Positions 1 to 9,241 of a stretch of DNA of 64,000 nucleotides are shown in pieces (positions within the stretch are counted from its first letter, which is position 1; each line of letters begins with the position of its first letter). Location: contig CAZYPC010000001.1 in assembly GCA_964649165.1 (NCBI GenBank), positions 31,529 through 95,528 on the forward strand, written 5' to 3'. The stretch is from an uncultured Chryseobacterium sp. (GTDB taxonomy: Bacteria > Bacteroidota > Bacteroidia > Flavobacteriales_F > PHOS-HE28). Made by a program: the position numbers and the translations under genes. Under the pieces are notes generated by a model. That model did not search any database and was not told where the DNA came from. It worked only from the letters and a program-made list of their open reading frames with translations.

Positions 1-647
1 TCGCCTATTACCGCGAGTGCATCGAGCGCCCCGGTCTGGACCCGGAGATCAAGGCACACCTGCTCAACAACATCGAGCGCCTGAAAGAGCGCGGTCATTC
101 GGTTGAGCCCATCGAGCTGCCCATGCTGGACCACCTGGTGCCCACGTACTACATCCTGGCCACAGCGGAAGCCAGCAGCAATCTCGCGCGCTTTGATGGT
201 ATCCGTTATGGACACCGCAGCAAGGCGGCACAGGGCGTGGATGATACCTACCGCAAGAGCCGCACGGAAGGTTTCGGGGCGGAGGTGAAGCGCCGCATAC
301 TCCTCGGCACCTTCGTGCTCAGCGCGGGCTATTACGATGCTTACTACGCCCAAGGCATGCGGGTGCGCCGTCTGATCCGCGACAACACGCTGAAAGCCTT
401 CGAGCACTACGACCTGGTAATGACGCCGACCTGCCCCACCACCGCTTTCGGTCATGGTGAGATCAATGATCCTGTGGCCATGTACCTGCAGGACATTTTT
501 ACCGTGCAGGCCAATCTCGCAGGGGTGCCCGCCATTTCCATCCCAACGGGAACCCACTCCAACGGCCTGCCGTTCGGTACACAGCTGATGGCGAAGCCGT
601 TCGATGATGAGCGGCTCATCATGCTCGCGCACCAACTCTTCGTCTGA
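1..647 (+). CDS. gatA: Glu-tRNA(Gln)/Asp-tRNA(Asn) amidotransferase subunit A, C-terminal part (5' end outside window)
   Basis: Frame open from base 3 with no stop. Translation contains LVPTYYILATAEASSNLARFDGIRYGHR and FTVQANLAGVPAISIP, typical GatA C-terminal blocks. Stop at 645-647. Confidence 0.9.
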   Translation, partial: AYYRECIERPGLDPEIKAHLLNNIERLKERGHSVEPIELPMLDHLVPTYYILATAEASSNLARFDGIRYGHRSKAAQGVDDTYRKSRTEGFGAEVKRRILLGTFVLSAGYYDAYYAQGMRVRRLIRDNTLKAFEHYDLVMTPTCPTTAFGHGEINDPVAMYLQDIFTVQANLAGVPAISIPTGTHSNGLPFGTQLMAKPFDDERLIMLAHQLFV

Positions 648-801
648 CGACGTTCTCTATTCAGAAAGCTCCATGGGTCCGGTTTACCGGCTGATGGGTT
701 CTTGGTTACCTTTCGTCGAAGCCGCCATTCACAGATGATCGTGGACCGCTCCCTAGAACCATGCGGAAGGCCGCGCGTATGAAGCCTACTTTTCGCCGCC
801 C

Positions 802-2283
802 ATGACGAAGCACCTCGCCTTTTGCCTGGCCCTGGCCCTTTCCATGGGACCTGCGTGTCCACTCTTCGCCCAGAGCACGATCCCCAGTGATGACGAGGTA
901 CTGGCCCGGATAAACGACCTGAGCAACCTGCCCTGGCTGAAGAACGACCCTTTCACCACGGACGTGAAAGCCCTGAACACCCACGGTTTCGCCCCGACCG
1001 ATACACCGAGCTACGCTCCCGACGTGGTACGCCACCGGCTCGCCCTGCTCGATGAACGCACTCCCTTCAAGCTCACCTACAATGAGCCGGTGCAGGGCTA
1101 TATCGACATGTACACCAAGCGGAAGCGCGAGCAGGCCGCACGCATGCTCGGCCTGGCCCAGCTCTACTTCCCCATTTTCGAGGAGGCGTTGGACAGGCAT
1201 GGAATGCCCCAGGAATTGAAGTACCTGGCCGTGGTGGAGAGTGCCCTCTTCCCGGGAGCCAAGTCGCGCGCAGCCGCCGTGGGGCTCTGGCAGTTCATGA
1301 TCGGCACCGGCAAGATGTACGGGTTGGAAGTGGACAGCTACGTGGATGAACGCTGCGATGTGTACCAAAGCACCGAAGCCGCCTGTCTGTATCTGAAGGA
1401 CCTCCATCGCATCTTCGGCAATTGGGAACTGGCGCTCGCTGCTTACAACTGCGGCCCGGGCAACGTGAACAAGGCCATCCGCCGCTCCGGGGGAACGGAC
1501 TACTGGAGCGTGTACAATAACCTGCCCCGGGAGACACGCGGCTACGTCCCCGCTTTCATCGCGGTGAACTACCTGTTCAACCACGCGGCCGACCACAACA
1601 TCTATCCGGTCATTCCGAATTACTGTGCGTACGAGGTGGATACCGTCCAGGTGTGCTACCCCGTGGACCTGGCGAAGCTGGCCGAGATCAGCGGCGGTAA
1701 TGCGCAGGAGATACTCGACCTCAACCCGGTGTACAAACGCGGTGTTGTGCCCGACGTGGATCAGTCCGCCACGCTATATCTGCCACGCACGCTCGTTGCG
1801 GACTTCATTGACCGTGAGGACTTCATCCGCTACAGCTACCTGCCCGACACGCACATGCCCGCCCCGGTGGCGAAGGGCACGAGCAAGTCGTCCGATAGCG
1901 GCACGGCGACGGCACAGCGCACGCACACCGTACGGCGTGGGGAATCGCTCGGCACCATCGCGCGCAAGAACCATGTGACCGTCAGCAACCTCCGCGCGTG
2001 GAACAAACTGCGCAGCGACCGTGTGCGCGTCGGCCAGAAGCTCATCGTGAGCAAGGGGACGAACGCCTCCTCCTCCGACCAGAGTTCCAGTGAGCAGAAG
2101 AACGGAGCGAACAGCGCGACGGAGATCATCTTCCATACCGTGCAACCCGGCGACACTCTGTGGGGCATAGCTCAGCGCTATCCCGGTGCGTCGGTGGAGG
2201 AGATCAAACGGATCAACAACGCGGACGACCTTGAACACCTGAAGGTGGGCAAGAAGATCAAGGTGGCCGTGCAGAAGAGCTGA
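802..2283 (+). CDS. Secreted lytic transglycosylase (MltD-like) with two LysM domains
   Basis: Signal peptide MTKHLAFCLALALSMGPACPLFAQ. SLT block AVVESALFPGAKSRAAAVGLWQFM...AAYNCGPGNV. Two LysM repeats: HTVRRGESLGTIARKNHVTVSNLRAWN and HTVQPGDTLWGIAQRYPGASVEEIKRIN. Confidence 0.85.
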   Translation: MTKHLAFCLALALSMGPACPLFAQSTIPSDDEVLARINDLSNLPWLKNDPFTTDVKALNTHGFAPTDTPSYAPDVVRHRLALLDERTPFKLTYNEPVQGYIDMYTKRKREQAARMLGLAQLYFPIFEEALDRHGMPQELKYLAVVESALFPGAKSRAAAVGLWQFMIGTGKMYGLEVDSYVDERCDVYQSTEAACLYLKDLHRIFGNWELALAAYNCGPGNVNKAIRRSGGTDYWSVYNNLPRETRGYVPAFIAVNYLFNHAADHNIYPVIPNYCAYEVDTVQVCYPVDLAKLAEISGGNAQEILDLNPVYKRGVVPDVDQSATLYLPRTLVADFIDREDFIRYSYLPDTHMPAPVAKGTSKSSDSGTATAQRTHTVRRGESLGTIARKNHVTVSNLRAWNKLRSDRVRVGQKLIVSKGTNASSSDQSSSEQKNGANSATEIIFHTVQPGDTLWGIAQRYPGASVEEIKRINNADDLEHLKVGKKIKVAVQKS

Positions 2284-2502
2284 TGCACTTCCTGTTCTCC
2301 GCTCGATCGGCCGCGCTTGTTCACATAACGTCTAGCTTGAACAGCAACGGGCTTCCCGTTGAAGTTCAGGCAATAGTCCGGACGATGATCGCGTTCACTG
2401 AGAGGACCATCGTGCATTGTTGATAATTCGACGAGCCGAACGACCCGGTCGTCGGCTACTTTGCGGTGGTCAGCAAGACGGCTTTCACGTCGATCACCAG
2501 CC

Positions 2503-2733
2503 ATGGAACTCACGCGCATCCGTCCGTTCGCCCACAAGCACTGCCGCTTCAAATTGCGCAGCGGCAAAGAGGTTTTCGGCGTGATCTGGGAGGTCGAAGG
2601 CTTGGAGAAACGCTCCCTCTTCTTCGCCAGCATCGGTGATTATGAGCGCCTGCAGCGTGACCCGAACAAGCCGGTGAGCGTGATCAACCTCCGCCCGGAG
2701 GAGATCATGCATGTGGAGAGCATCGCCTCCTGA
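2503..2733 (+). CDS. Small hypothetical protein (76 aa)
   Basis: ATG at 2503 inside ORF 2461..2733. Third codon positions are strongly G/C-rich like the neighbouring real genes. No recognisable family. Confidence 0.45.
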   Translation: MELTRIRPFAHKHCRFKLRSGKEVFGVIWEVEGLEKRSLFFASIGDYERLQRDPNKPVSVINLRPEEIMHVESIAS

Positions 2734-2759
2734 GGCGACACTTCCGCGATCGTCCTTCT

Positions 2760-3287
2760 TCAAGTTCCGTGTGTTTTCGCTCGGCGCTCGCGGCGCTGTG
2801 CCCATAGCATGATCAACGGACTCAGCAGAAGGCTCCCCGGAAGGATCAAGTAATACCACGGACGGAAAAGTGTCCAACTTGATGGCAAGTAGTCCCGGTG
2901 CCATGAGGTAACGATGATGACGATCCGTTCGAACAGGCCGAACGGATCCGCGAGCACGATCGCCATGGCCCAGGCCCACCACCACGAACGACGCAGCGGC
3001 TTGATGAGCAGCAAAACGATGGGCAAAGTGAGAAACAACGGCCGGGCCCAGAACCAAAGAGAACGGGTATGCTGATGGTCATATGCCAGTGTGTTCGCCA
3101 ACCATGCGAGCAGCCCCATACCTGCTCCGACGACCGCGAGCCACGCACAGGACACGAGCATCTTGTTCCATGCCTCTGAACGCTCGCGTCGGATGGTTCT
3201 CCAGGCAGCCAAAAGCGGGATCGACAGGACGAACAGTGCCTGGAGCAGATCGGCCAGCCAGGTCAGGTATGGCCAGACCACGAACAT
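2760..3287 (-). CDS. Hypothetical multi-pass membrane protein
   Basis: 175-aa ORF with several hydrophobic W/L-rich segments. Its ATG at 3287 lies 2 nt downstream of the ptrB-like stop, so it is probably co-transcribed. Confidence 0.55.
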   Translation of the reverse strand: MFVVWPYLTWLADLLQALFVLSIPLLAAWRTIRRERSEAWNKMLVSCAWLAVVGAGMGLLAWLANTLAYDHQHTRSLWFWARPLFLTLPIVLLLIKPLRRSWWWAWAMAIVLADPFGLFERIVIIVTSWHRDYLPSSWTLFRPWYYLILPGSLLLSPLIMLWAQRRERRAKTHGT

Positions 3288-3289
3288 CT

Positions 3290-5458
3290 TCAGTGACCGG
3301 ACAGCAGGCCTGCGCGCTCAACAAGGAACGCGTAGATCAGCGCCACCTCCTTCAACCGTTCGAAACGCCCGCTGGCCCCGCCGTGGCCGGCCTCCATGTT
3401 CGTTTTGAGAATGATCGGATCGGCGGACTTCTGGTGTTCGCGCAGGCGTTGCACCCACTTGGCCGGCTCCCAATACTGTACCTGACTATCGTGGAATCCG
3501 GTCAGTACCAGCATCGCGGGATACTCGGCGTCCTTCACATTGTCGTAGGGTGAATAAGAGAGCATGCGCTCGTACGCCTCCTTCTCCTTGGGATCGCCCC
3601 ACTCATCGAACTCCCCCGTGGTGAGCGGGATGCTGTCGTCGAGCATGGTGGTCACCACGTCCACGAAAGGCACTTCAGCCACCACGCCGTTCCACAGATC
3701 GGGTCGCATGTTGGTGACCGCGCCGACGAGCAGGCCCCCGGCGCTACCACCCATGCAGTACAAGCGCTCCGGGTCCGCGTATTTGTTCTTCAGGAGGAAC
3801 TCGGCGCAGTCGATGAAGTCCGTGAAGGTGTTCATCTTATGCTCCATCTTGCCGTTGTCGTACCAGGCACGACCCAGCTCTTCGCCGCCCCGGATGTGGG
3901 CGAGGGCATAGACGAAACCCCGATCGAGCAGGGAGAGCCGCGCACTGCTGAAGGTCGGGTCCATGCTGTAGCCGTAGGATCCGTATCCGTACAGGAGCAG
4001 CGGTGACGTGCCGTCAATGCGCGTGCCCTTCCGATAGACGATGCTCACTGGCACGCGCTTCCCGTCACGCGCAGGCGCCCATACCCGTTCGCTCAAATAG
4101 TCGGCAGCGTTGAACGTGCCCACAACCTCCTGCTGTTTGAGCAGCCTGTCCTCCTTCGTGTTGAGGTCGTGCTCGTAAACACCGTTCGGAGTGGTCAGGC
4201 TGGTGTACCCATAGCGCAGCTTGTCGCTGTCGAATTCCGGGTTGATACCTGTGGATGCTACGTAAGCAGGATCATTGAAGAGGATGGGATGTTCCTCCCC
4301 AGTGCTCAGCTTCCGCACACGCAGGTGCGTCAATCCATCCCTGCGTTCGCTGAAGACCATGTGGTCCTTGAACAGATCCACATCCTCGAGCAGTACATCC
4401 TCGCGATGCGGCACCACCTCGGTCCACGCCTCTTTGGACGTGTTCTTCACCGGGCATTTCATGAACCGGAAATTCGTCGCCTTCCAGTTGGTGAGGATGA
4501 AGAACTCGCCGTTCGCGTGCTGAACGCTGTATTCGTGTTCCTCTTCGCGCGGCAAGACCACGGTGAACTTACCCTTGGGCTCACTGACGGGCAGGTACCA
4601 CTCCTCGGTGCTGAGGGTGCTGCCCGTGGTGATCATCACGAACGCGTTGCTGCGGTCCCGGTACACATCACAGCTGAAAGCACCGTCCTTCTCGTGATAC
4701 ACTTCCACATCGCTCTTCTCGTCGGTGCCGAGCGTGTGGCGGAAGATCTTGTAGTTGCGCAGGGTCTTGTCCTTGCGGCTGTAGTAGAAGGTCTTGTCGT
4801 CCGCCCAGGCGCCGCCGCCGCTCGTATTGGTGATGATGTCCGGCAGTTCCGTTCCTGTGGACAGGTCACGGAAGCGGATGGTGTAGAGACGCCGGCTCAC
4901 CGTGTCCACACTGTAAGCGCACAGGTCGTTGTTCGGACTGATCTCGAAGTCTCCCAGATCGAAATAGTCGTGCCCTGCAGCCATCACATTCTCGTCGATG
5001 ATGTCCTCCAGCTTCGCCGGCAGGCTACCATCCGCGTTCGCCTTTCCGCGCATGTGCACGGCGTACTCCTTTCCTTGTTCGAACCGGTGATTGTACCAGT
5101 ACCCGTTCTCGCGGTAAGGCACGCTCAGATCCTCTTCCTTGATACGCCCCTTCATCTCCTTGAAGAGCGTTTCGCGCAGATCCTTCACGGGGGCGAGCAG
5201 GCTGTCGGCATAGGTGTTCTCCGCGTTCAGATGCGCGATCACCTCCTGGGTGTGCGCGTCCGGCGTCGGGGTCTGCCTCTGCTCCTCGCTCAAGCGCATC
5301 CAGAAGTACTCATCGTTGCGAATGTGGCCGTGCTCGGCCATTTCGTGGGGGACCTTCTTGGCCTGGGGCGGCCGGGGTTGTTCGGTGGGCATGGGTGTCG
5401 GGAAGTCGCCGCAGGCACTCATCAGAGCGAACGCTGTGATCAAGCTGAGGCGGTTCAT
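3290..5458 (-). CDS. ptrB: Oligopeptidase B / prolyl oligopeptidase family S9A lipoprotein
   Basis: 722 aa. Lipoprotein-type leader MNRLSLITAFALMSAC. N-terminal propeller region followed by a catalytic domain with nucleophile elbow GGSAGGLLVG, then HDSQV and EAGHGG blocks. Confidence 0.85.
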   Translation of the reverse strand: MNRLSLITAFALMSACGDFPTPMPTEQPRPPQAKKVPHEMAEHGHIRNDEYFWMRLSEEQRQTPTPDAHTQEVIAHLNAENTYADSLLAPVKDLRETLFKEMKGRIKEEDLSVPYRENGYWYNHRFEQGKEYAVHMRGKANADGSLPAKLEDIIDENVMAAGHDYFDLGDFEISPNNDLCAYSVDTVSRRLYTIRFRDLSTGTELPDIITNTSGGGAWADDKTFYYSRKDKTLRNYKIFRHTLGTDEKSDVEVYHEKDGAFSCDVYRDRSNAFVMITTGSTLSTEEWYLPVSEPKGKFTVVLPREEEHEYSVQHANGEFFILTNWKATNFRFMKCPVKNTSKEAWTEVVPHREDVLLEDVDLFKDHMVFSERRDGLTHLRVRKLSTGEEHPILFNDPAYVASTGINPEFDSDKLRYGYTSLTTPNGVYEHDLNTKEDRLLKQQEVVGTFNAADYLSERVWAPARDGKRVPVSIVYRKGTRIDGTSPLLLYGYGSYGYSMDPTFSSARLSLLDRGFVYALAHIRGGEELGRAWYDNGKMEHKMNTFTDFIDCAEFLLKNKYADPERLYCMGGSAGGLLVGAVTNMRPDLWNGVVAEVPFVDVVTTMLDDSIPLTTGEFDEWGDPKEKEAYERMLSYSPYDNVKDAEYPAMLVLTGFHDSQVQYWEPAKWVQRLREHQKSADPIILKTNMEAGHGGASGRFERLKEVALIYAFLVERAGLLSGH

Positions 5459-5491
5459 GGGCGGGCTGAGGCGGGCAAGTTAGCCGCCCGA

Positions 5492-6250
5492 TCAGTCCAG
5501 TACGGTGCGCAACACATCCAGGGAACGCAGCTCTCCGAACCCCTCGACGTGCAACCGGAAATAGAGGAGCAAGTCGTCCATCGTGCACCGACGGACCGCT
5601 GCGGAAGACCCGTGGAGCCGCCCTTCCTGTACGCGATCCTCTACCTGCGTGATCAACTGTGCGAACAAGGCCGCCGAGGCCGGCTCCATGCAGAACTCAT
5701 GAGGTGCCTCTCCTCGGAAGAAATATCCTTCACGTAGATCGAACCGGTCCTCCCCTTCCTGAGGTGGTTCGGGGAAGAAACCCAGGCGCTTCGCCAGGCC
5801 GACAAGCATGAGCAGTGGTTGGTGTGCCGTATCGGGGTCCGTATCCAATGACTCGAGCGTTTCCAGAACGAAGTCGAATAGCCGGGGGTCGGCCGCCTCT
5901 TCACGCAAGGTGCGATCGAGCACCTCCTGTGCGAAAAGCAACAACACCCCCCGACGGGGTTCCTGCTGAACGCGTGTATAGGGCCGATCGATCCGCAGGT
6001 CACGCACCGTGCGCATGCGGTGTTCTCCTGCTTCGGGAGCCACGAGCTCCACGCGTGAAAGCGGTTGCAGCGCGGCCTGTCGGGAAGTGTCTTTCCCGCC
6101 CGTCCGAACGATGTAGGCACGCAGGCCGAAGCGCTCCGTATAGGCGCGCAGCACCACGCTTCTGTCCGAGTACTTTACCGTACGCAGGACGATCGCCCGG
6201 GTCGCTTGGGGACCTGTGACCCCGCGTCGATCAGGATGCGCTGGTGACAT
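5492..6250 (-). CDS. recO: DNA repair protein RecO
   Basis: N-terminal OB-fold pattern ATRAIVLRTVKYSDRSVVLRAYTERFGLRAYIVR and a length of about 240 aa. The exact start is uncertain and may lie downstream of 6250. Confidence 0.8.
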   Translation of the reverse strand: MSPAHPDRRGVTGPQATRAIVLRTVKYSDRSVVLRAYTERFGLRAYIVRTGGKDTSRQAALQPLSRVELVAPEAGEHRMRTVRDLRIDRPYTRVQQEPRRGVLLLFAQEVLDRTLREEAADPRLFDFVLETLESLDTDPDTAHQPLLMLVGLAKRLGFFPEPPQEGEDRFDLREGYFFRGEAPHEFCMEPASAALFAQLITQVEDRVQEGRLHGSSAAVRRCTMDDLLLYFRLHVEGFGELRSLDVLRTVLD

Positions 6251-6269
6251 GCGGGATCGTTGGGGCCGC

Positions 6270-8630
6270 TCAGCGTACCACCATCACCTTCGTGTTGCAA
6301 TGCAACGTACCGGTGGGGTCGGATGCGAGCACGAGATACACCCCTGTGCTCACCCGCTGTCCGCTCAGGTCGGTAGCCGGCCATACGGCCTGGCCGCCAT
6401 TGGACACGGTGCGGTACACCAGGTTGCCCGCCATATCCGTGATCCGCACGTCACTGTCCGCGATGAGGCCCGTGATCGCGACCGGTCCTTGATAGGCTTC
6501 ACGGACCGGATTGGGGAATACCGTCGCACATGAAGCTTCCCTGCCGCCTTCCGTCGCTTCCCCTCTGTAGCTGACGATGCCTTGATCGGTGGCGATGAAC
6601 ACCTCGCCGGTCACGCCATCGATGGCGATGCTCGTCACGTTATTGCTGGGCAAAGGGCTGTTCTCCTTTGTGAAATGCGCCAGTTGTTCCGTCCCGTCTG
6701 GGCTTACCAGGAAGGCACCGCTGCTTTGCGTGCCGAGCCATTTCCGATTGCCGCCATCCACTACGACCGCGCTGACCACTTCGGTCTCCAGGAGGATCTG
6801 GATATTGCCATCCTGCTCGATGAGTATCTGCTGACAATCGAAATTCTCGTCGCTGAAGATGGCCTCCGGGTTGTAAAAGACCGCGATGCCCTTCCCCGTA
6901 CCTACCCAGACCTCACCATCCTGATCCTCGGCGATGGCGAAAACGTCCAGGGTGGGGAGCTTTCCCTGGTTCTCGAAGGTGGTCAGCAATTTGAACTGAT
7001 CGTCTCCCGTCTCATCGATCGTCCCTCCGTCATTGAACACGAGGATCCCGGCGGTCCGCGGGCGCACCAGCCACTTCTGCCCGTTCTCCATGGCGGTGAT
7101 GTCAGCTACCAGATCCCCCCCCCCCAGCACGTTGCCGGGATCAAAGGATCTCCAGGTTCCATCCCGCTTGCGCACACTCACCACGTTCTGTGTGTAGGCG
7201 TTCGAAACCCAGAGATTGCCGTCCTCATCAAAATCCAACCCTCCCACGTCAACGACCCCATCAGCGGGATTTCCGTTCGTGCCCAACGAGCTGTTCGTAG
7301 CGTTCCAGATGGCCTGTACTACACCGTTGCGCCATTCCAGCACGCCTTCATCCCAGCTTCCGGTGTAAGCATGGCCGGGATCTTCGGGATCCACGGCAAC
7401 GGCCATGGGATCCACGGCGCCACCCCCGAGGTTGTTCACGCCCATCATCAGCGGGTCGTCGGCCTCCTGCACCGTGCGCCACGTCCCATCTTTGAACAGA
7501 TGCACCCCTTGGTGATTGAAGGTGCTCGTCCAGGTTCCGCTCACCGACCCGCTGGCCACCATGAGCAGGCCGTTCTGAACATCCAGTTTGACGGCACCGC
7601 TCGACCTCGGTCCGTTCGGCGCCGCTTCGAGCCCCGCATCCTGGCCATCGCAACGCACCAGGCTCCGGTCGCCCGTGGCCACCCACACTCCTCCATTGGA
7701 AGCCCCGGCCACAGTAGTCACGAGGAAGTACTTCCCGTTCACCGTGTTCGCTTGGAAAACGCGCTCGAGCGCGCTGTTGTATTGACGGGCCTCGAACGTG
7801 TGACCGATGACAAGCCGCTGGCCGTCCGGAGAAACGCTCATGCCTCTCACATCGCGTCCGTACGCATCAGTCAACCTTTGCCACCCGCCGTCCCAGTAGT
7901 AGATCGTGTCGGTTTCGGCCGTGCTCGGTGGTGCCGCCGACCAGTTCACGAACAATCTGCCTCCGAATGATTCGGCATCGGAGAAAAAACCATTGGCCTG
8001 GGGCAGGTCGGCGCGCTGGTGCCAGCTGGTGAAGGCCGCCAGGTTCGCATCCTGGCGCCAGGCGCTGAAAACTCCCAGTTCCGTGGCCGCGTAGATCGAA
8101 TCCTCATGGAATGTCAGCGTGTTCACACGGTGTTGCGCAGCGTTCGGGAAAATGATCCATGTGTCTTTCACCTCCCTTCGCACCAGGTCCATCACAACGA
8201 TGCCGAAGCCACAGCTGAGATACGCCCGGTCGCCCTCGCATGTGATGCCGTAGACGCGTTTGTCGCCAATGATCCCGCTGCGCTGGATGTCACTGAGGTT
8301 CACACTGGACTCGCCGAAGACCACATCGACATTGCCGTTGCCATAACCGACCACCAAGGCGCCCAGCGCCGAGTTCCAACCCAGGGCGCTTACGTCCACG
8401 TCGCTCAGGGCGTTCACCTTGTTGATGCGCGTTGTTTCGTTCGTGGCGGGGTCGAACTTGAAAACGCCGTTGCGGGTCGCGCAATAGGCCGCCCCGCCGC
8501 CTTCCACAACGGCAACCGTGCTCAGGTAGGCGAAATGATCCCTCCAGTGTCCGATGGCGGGCTGTGCGACCGCGGACATTGAGCACACCAAAAAGGCCAG
8601 TATGTAGACGAGGGTGCGGACTGTTTGCAT
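6270..8630 (-). CDS. Two-propeller (Reg_prop-like) secreted protein with T9SS CTD, PorZ-like
   Basis: Start reset to MQTVRTLVYILAFLVCSMSAVAQP (signal peptide). Repeated propeller-type blocks. C-terminal 80 aa (ATVFPNPVREAY...GVYLVLASDPTGTLHCNTKVMVVR) is a T9SS sorting domain. The size and architecture recall PorZ; that assignment is from memory only. Confidence 0.7.
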   Translation of the reverse strand: MQTVRTLVYILAFLVCSMSAVAQPAIGHWRDHFAYLSTVAVVEGGGAAYCATRNGVFKFDPATNETTRINKVNALSDVDVSALGWNSALGALVVGYGNGNVDVVFGESSVNLSDIQRSGIIGDKRVYGITCEGDRAYLSCGFGIVVMDLVRREVKDTWIIFPNAAQHRVNTLTFHEDSIYAATELGVFSAWRQDANLAAFTSWHQRADLPQANGFFSDAESFGGRLFVNWSAAPPSTAETDTIYYWDGGWQRLTDAYGRDVRGMSVSPDGQRLVIGHTFEARQYNSALERVFQANTVNGKYFLVTTVAGASNGGVWVATGDRSLVRCDGQDAGLEAAPNGPRSSGAVKLDVQNGLLMVASGSVSGTWTSTFNHQGVHLFKDGTWRTVQEADDPLMMGVNNLGGGAVDPMAVAVDPEDPGHAYTGSWDEGVLEWRNGVVQAIWNATNSSLGTNGNPADGVVDVGGLDFDEDGNLWVSNAYTQNVVSVRKRDGTWRSFDPGNVLGGGDLVADITAMENGQKWLVRPRTAGILVFNDGGTIDETGDDQFKLLTTFENQGKLPTLDVFAIAEDQDGEVWVGTGKGIAVFYNPEAIFSDENFDCQQILIEQDGNIQILLETEVVSAVVVDGGNRKWLGTQSSGAFLVSPDGTEQLAHFTKENSPLPSNNVTSIAIDGVTGEVFIATDQGIVSYRGEATEGGREASCATVFPNPVREAYQGPVAITGLIADSDVRITDMAGNLVYRTVSNGGQAVWPATDLSGQRVSTGVYLVLASDPTGTLHCNTKVMVVR

Positions 8631-8738
8631 TCGGGGCGGGTAAGGGGCACCGGTATGAACGCGCTCAGAACGCGATCGGTATGGGCAAAGTAACCGCATG
8701 AACGCGAAGATCCCCCGCCTGAGGCGAGGGATCCGGAG

Positions 8739-8809
8739 AGGTCACGAGCGGAGTCGAACCGCTGTAGCAGCTTTTGCAGAGCTGAGCCTAGCCACTCGGC
8801 CACGTGACC
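8739..8809 (-). tRNA. tRNA-Cys (GCA)
   Basis: Hand-folded from the reverse complement. Acceptor stem GGTCACG/CGTGACC is 7/7 paired. Anticodon stem CAGCT/AGCTG with loop CTGCAAA. T-arm AGCGG-TTCGACT-CCGCT. Total length 71 nt. Confidence 0.9.
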
Positions 8810-8884
8810 GCTTGAGTGGGCGGCGAAGATAGGTGGAAGGGCAGTCGGATGGCAGCCCCCTGTTCAGCGACCGCACCAGCCTCA

Positions 8885-9241
8885 TCAGCCCCTCCCCTCG
8901 ATCTCGTAAACCACTTGGGCCACGGCCCCCCCAACCGGCGGATGTTCCTTGGTAAGGCGGACCTGCCAGCGGAACTCCCCGGGCCAGGTCGCCTTCAGAT
9001 GGTTCAGGAGACGGCGGGCCACGTGCTCGATGAGCGCGCTGCGGATGGCCATTTCCTCCAGTACGATGGCGGTCACGCGACCGTAGTCGATGGTATCCCG
9101 AAGATCATCGCTGTTCTCGGCCTCCGTGAAATCCCCCTCCACGCGTACATCGACGCGATAATGACCACCGATACGGGCCTCCTCGGGCAGACATCCGTGA
9201 TATCCGAAGGCCCGGATGCCATTCACTTCGATCATTCCCAT
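8885..9241 (-). CDS. folB: Dihydroneopterin aldolase
   Basis: MGMIEVNGIRAFGYHGCLPEEARIGGHYRVDVRVEG...DTIDYGRV is the FolB pattern. Candidate ATGs at 9241 and 9235; the latter forms an ATGA overlap with the gltX stop. Confidence 0.85.
   Translation of the reverse strand: MGMIEVNGIRAFGYHGCLPEEARIGGHYRVDVRVEGDFTEAENSDDLRDTIDYGRVTAIVLEEMAIRSALIEHVARRLLNHLKATWPGEFRWQVRLTKEHPPVGGAVAQVVYEIEGRG

Noticed and set aside
2178-2633. 151-aa minus-strand ORF between the transglycosylase and the small plus-strand gene
   Set aside because: Its third codon positions are not G/C-enriched, unlike real genes here. It overlaps the 3' end of the transglycosylase gene and the better-supported plus-strand ORF 2503..2733.
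4169-5737. 522-aa plus-strand ORF across the ptrB region. Similar long antisense ORFs occur at 6582..7970, 20984..21901, 30118..31500, 31531..32895, 41700..43652, 48636..49997, 52521..54443 and 53566..55236.
   Set aside because: These are typical high-GC antisense open frames. Their translations are R/A/G/H-rich and lack motifs. The opposite strand carries a gene with clear family signatures in every case.
8522-8803. 93-aa minus-strand ORF
   Set aside because: It runs through the tRNA-Cys gene and the 5' end of the PorZ-like gene, so it is not a plausible CDS.
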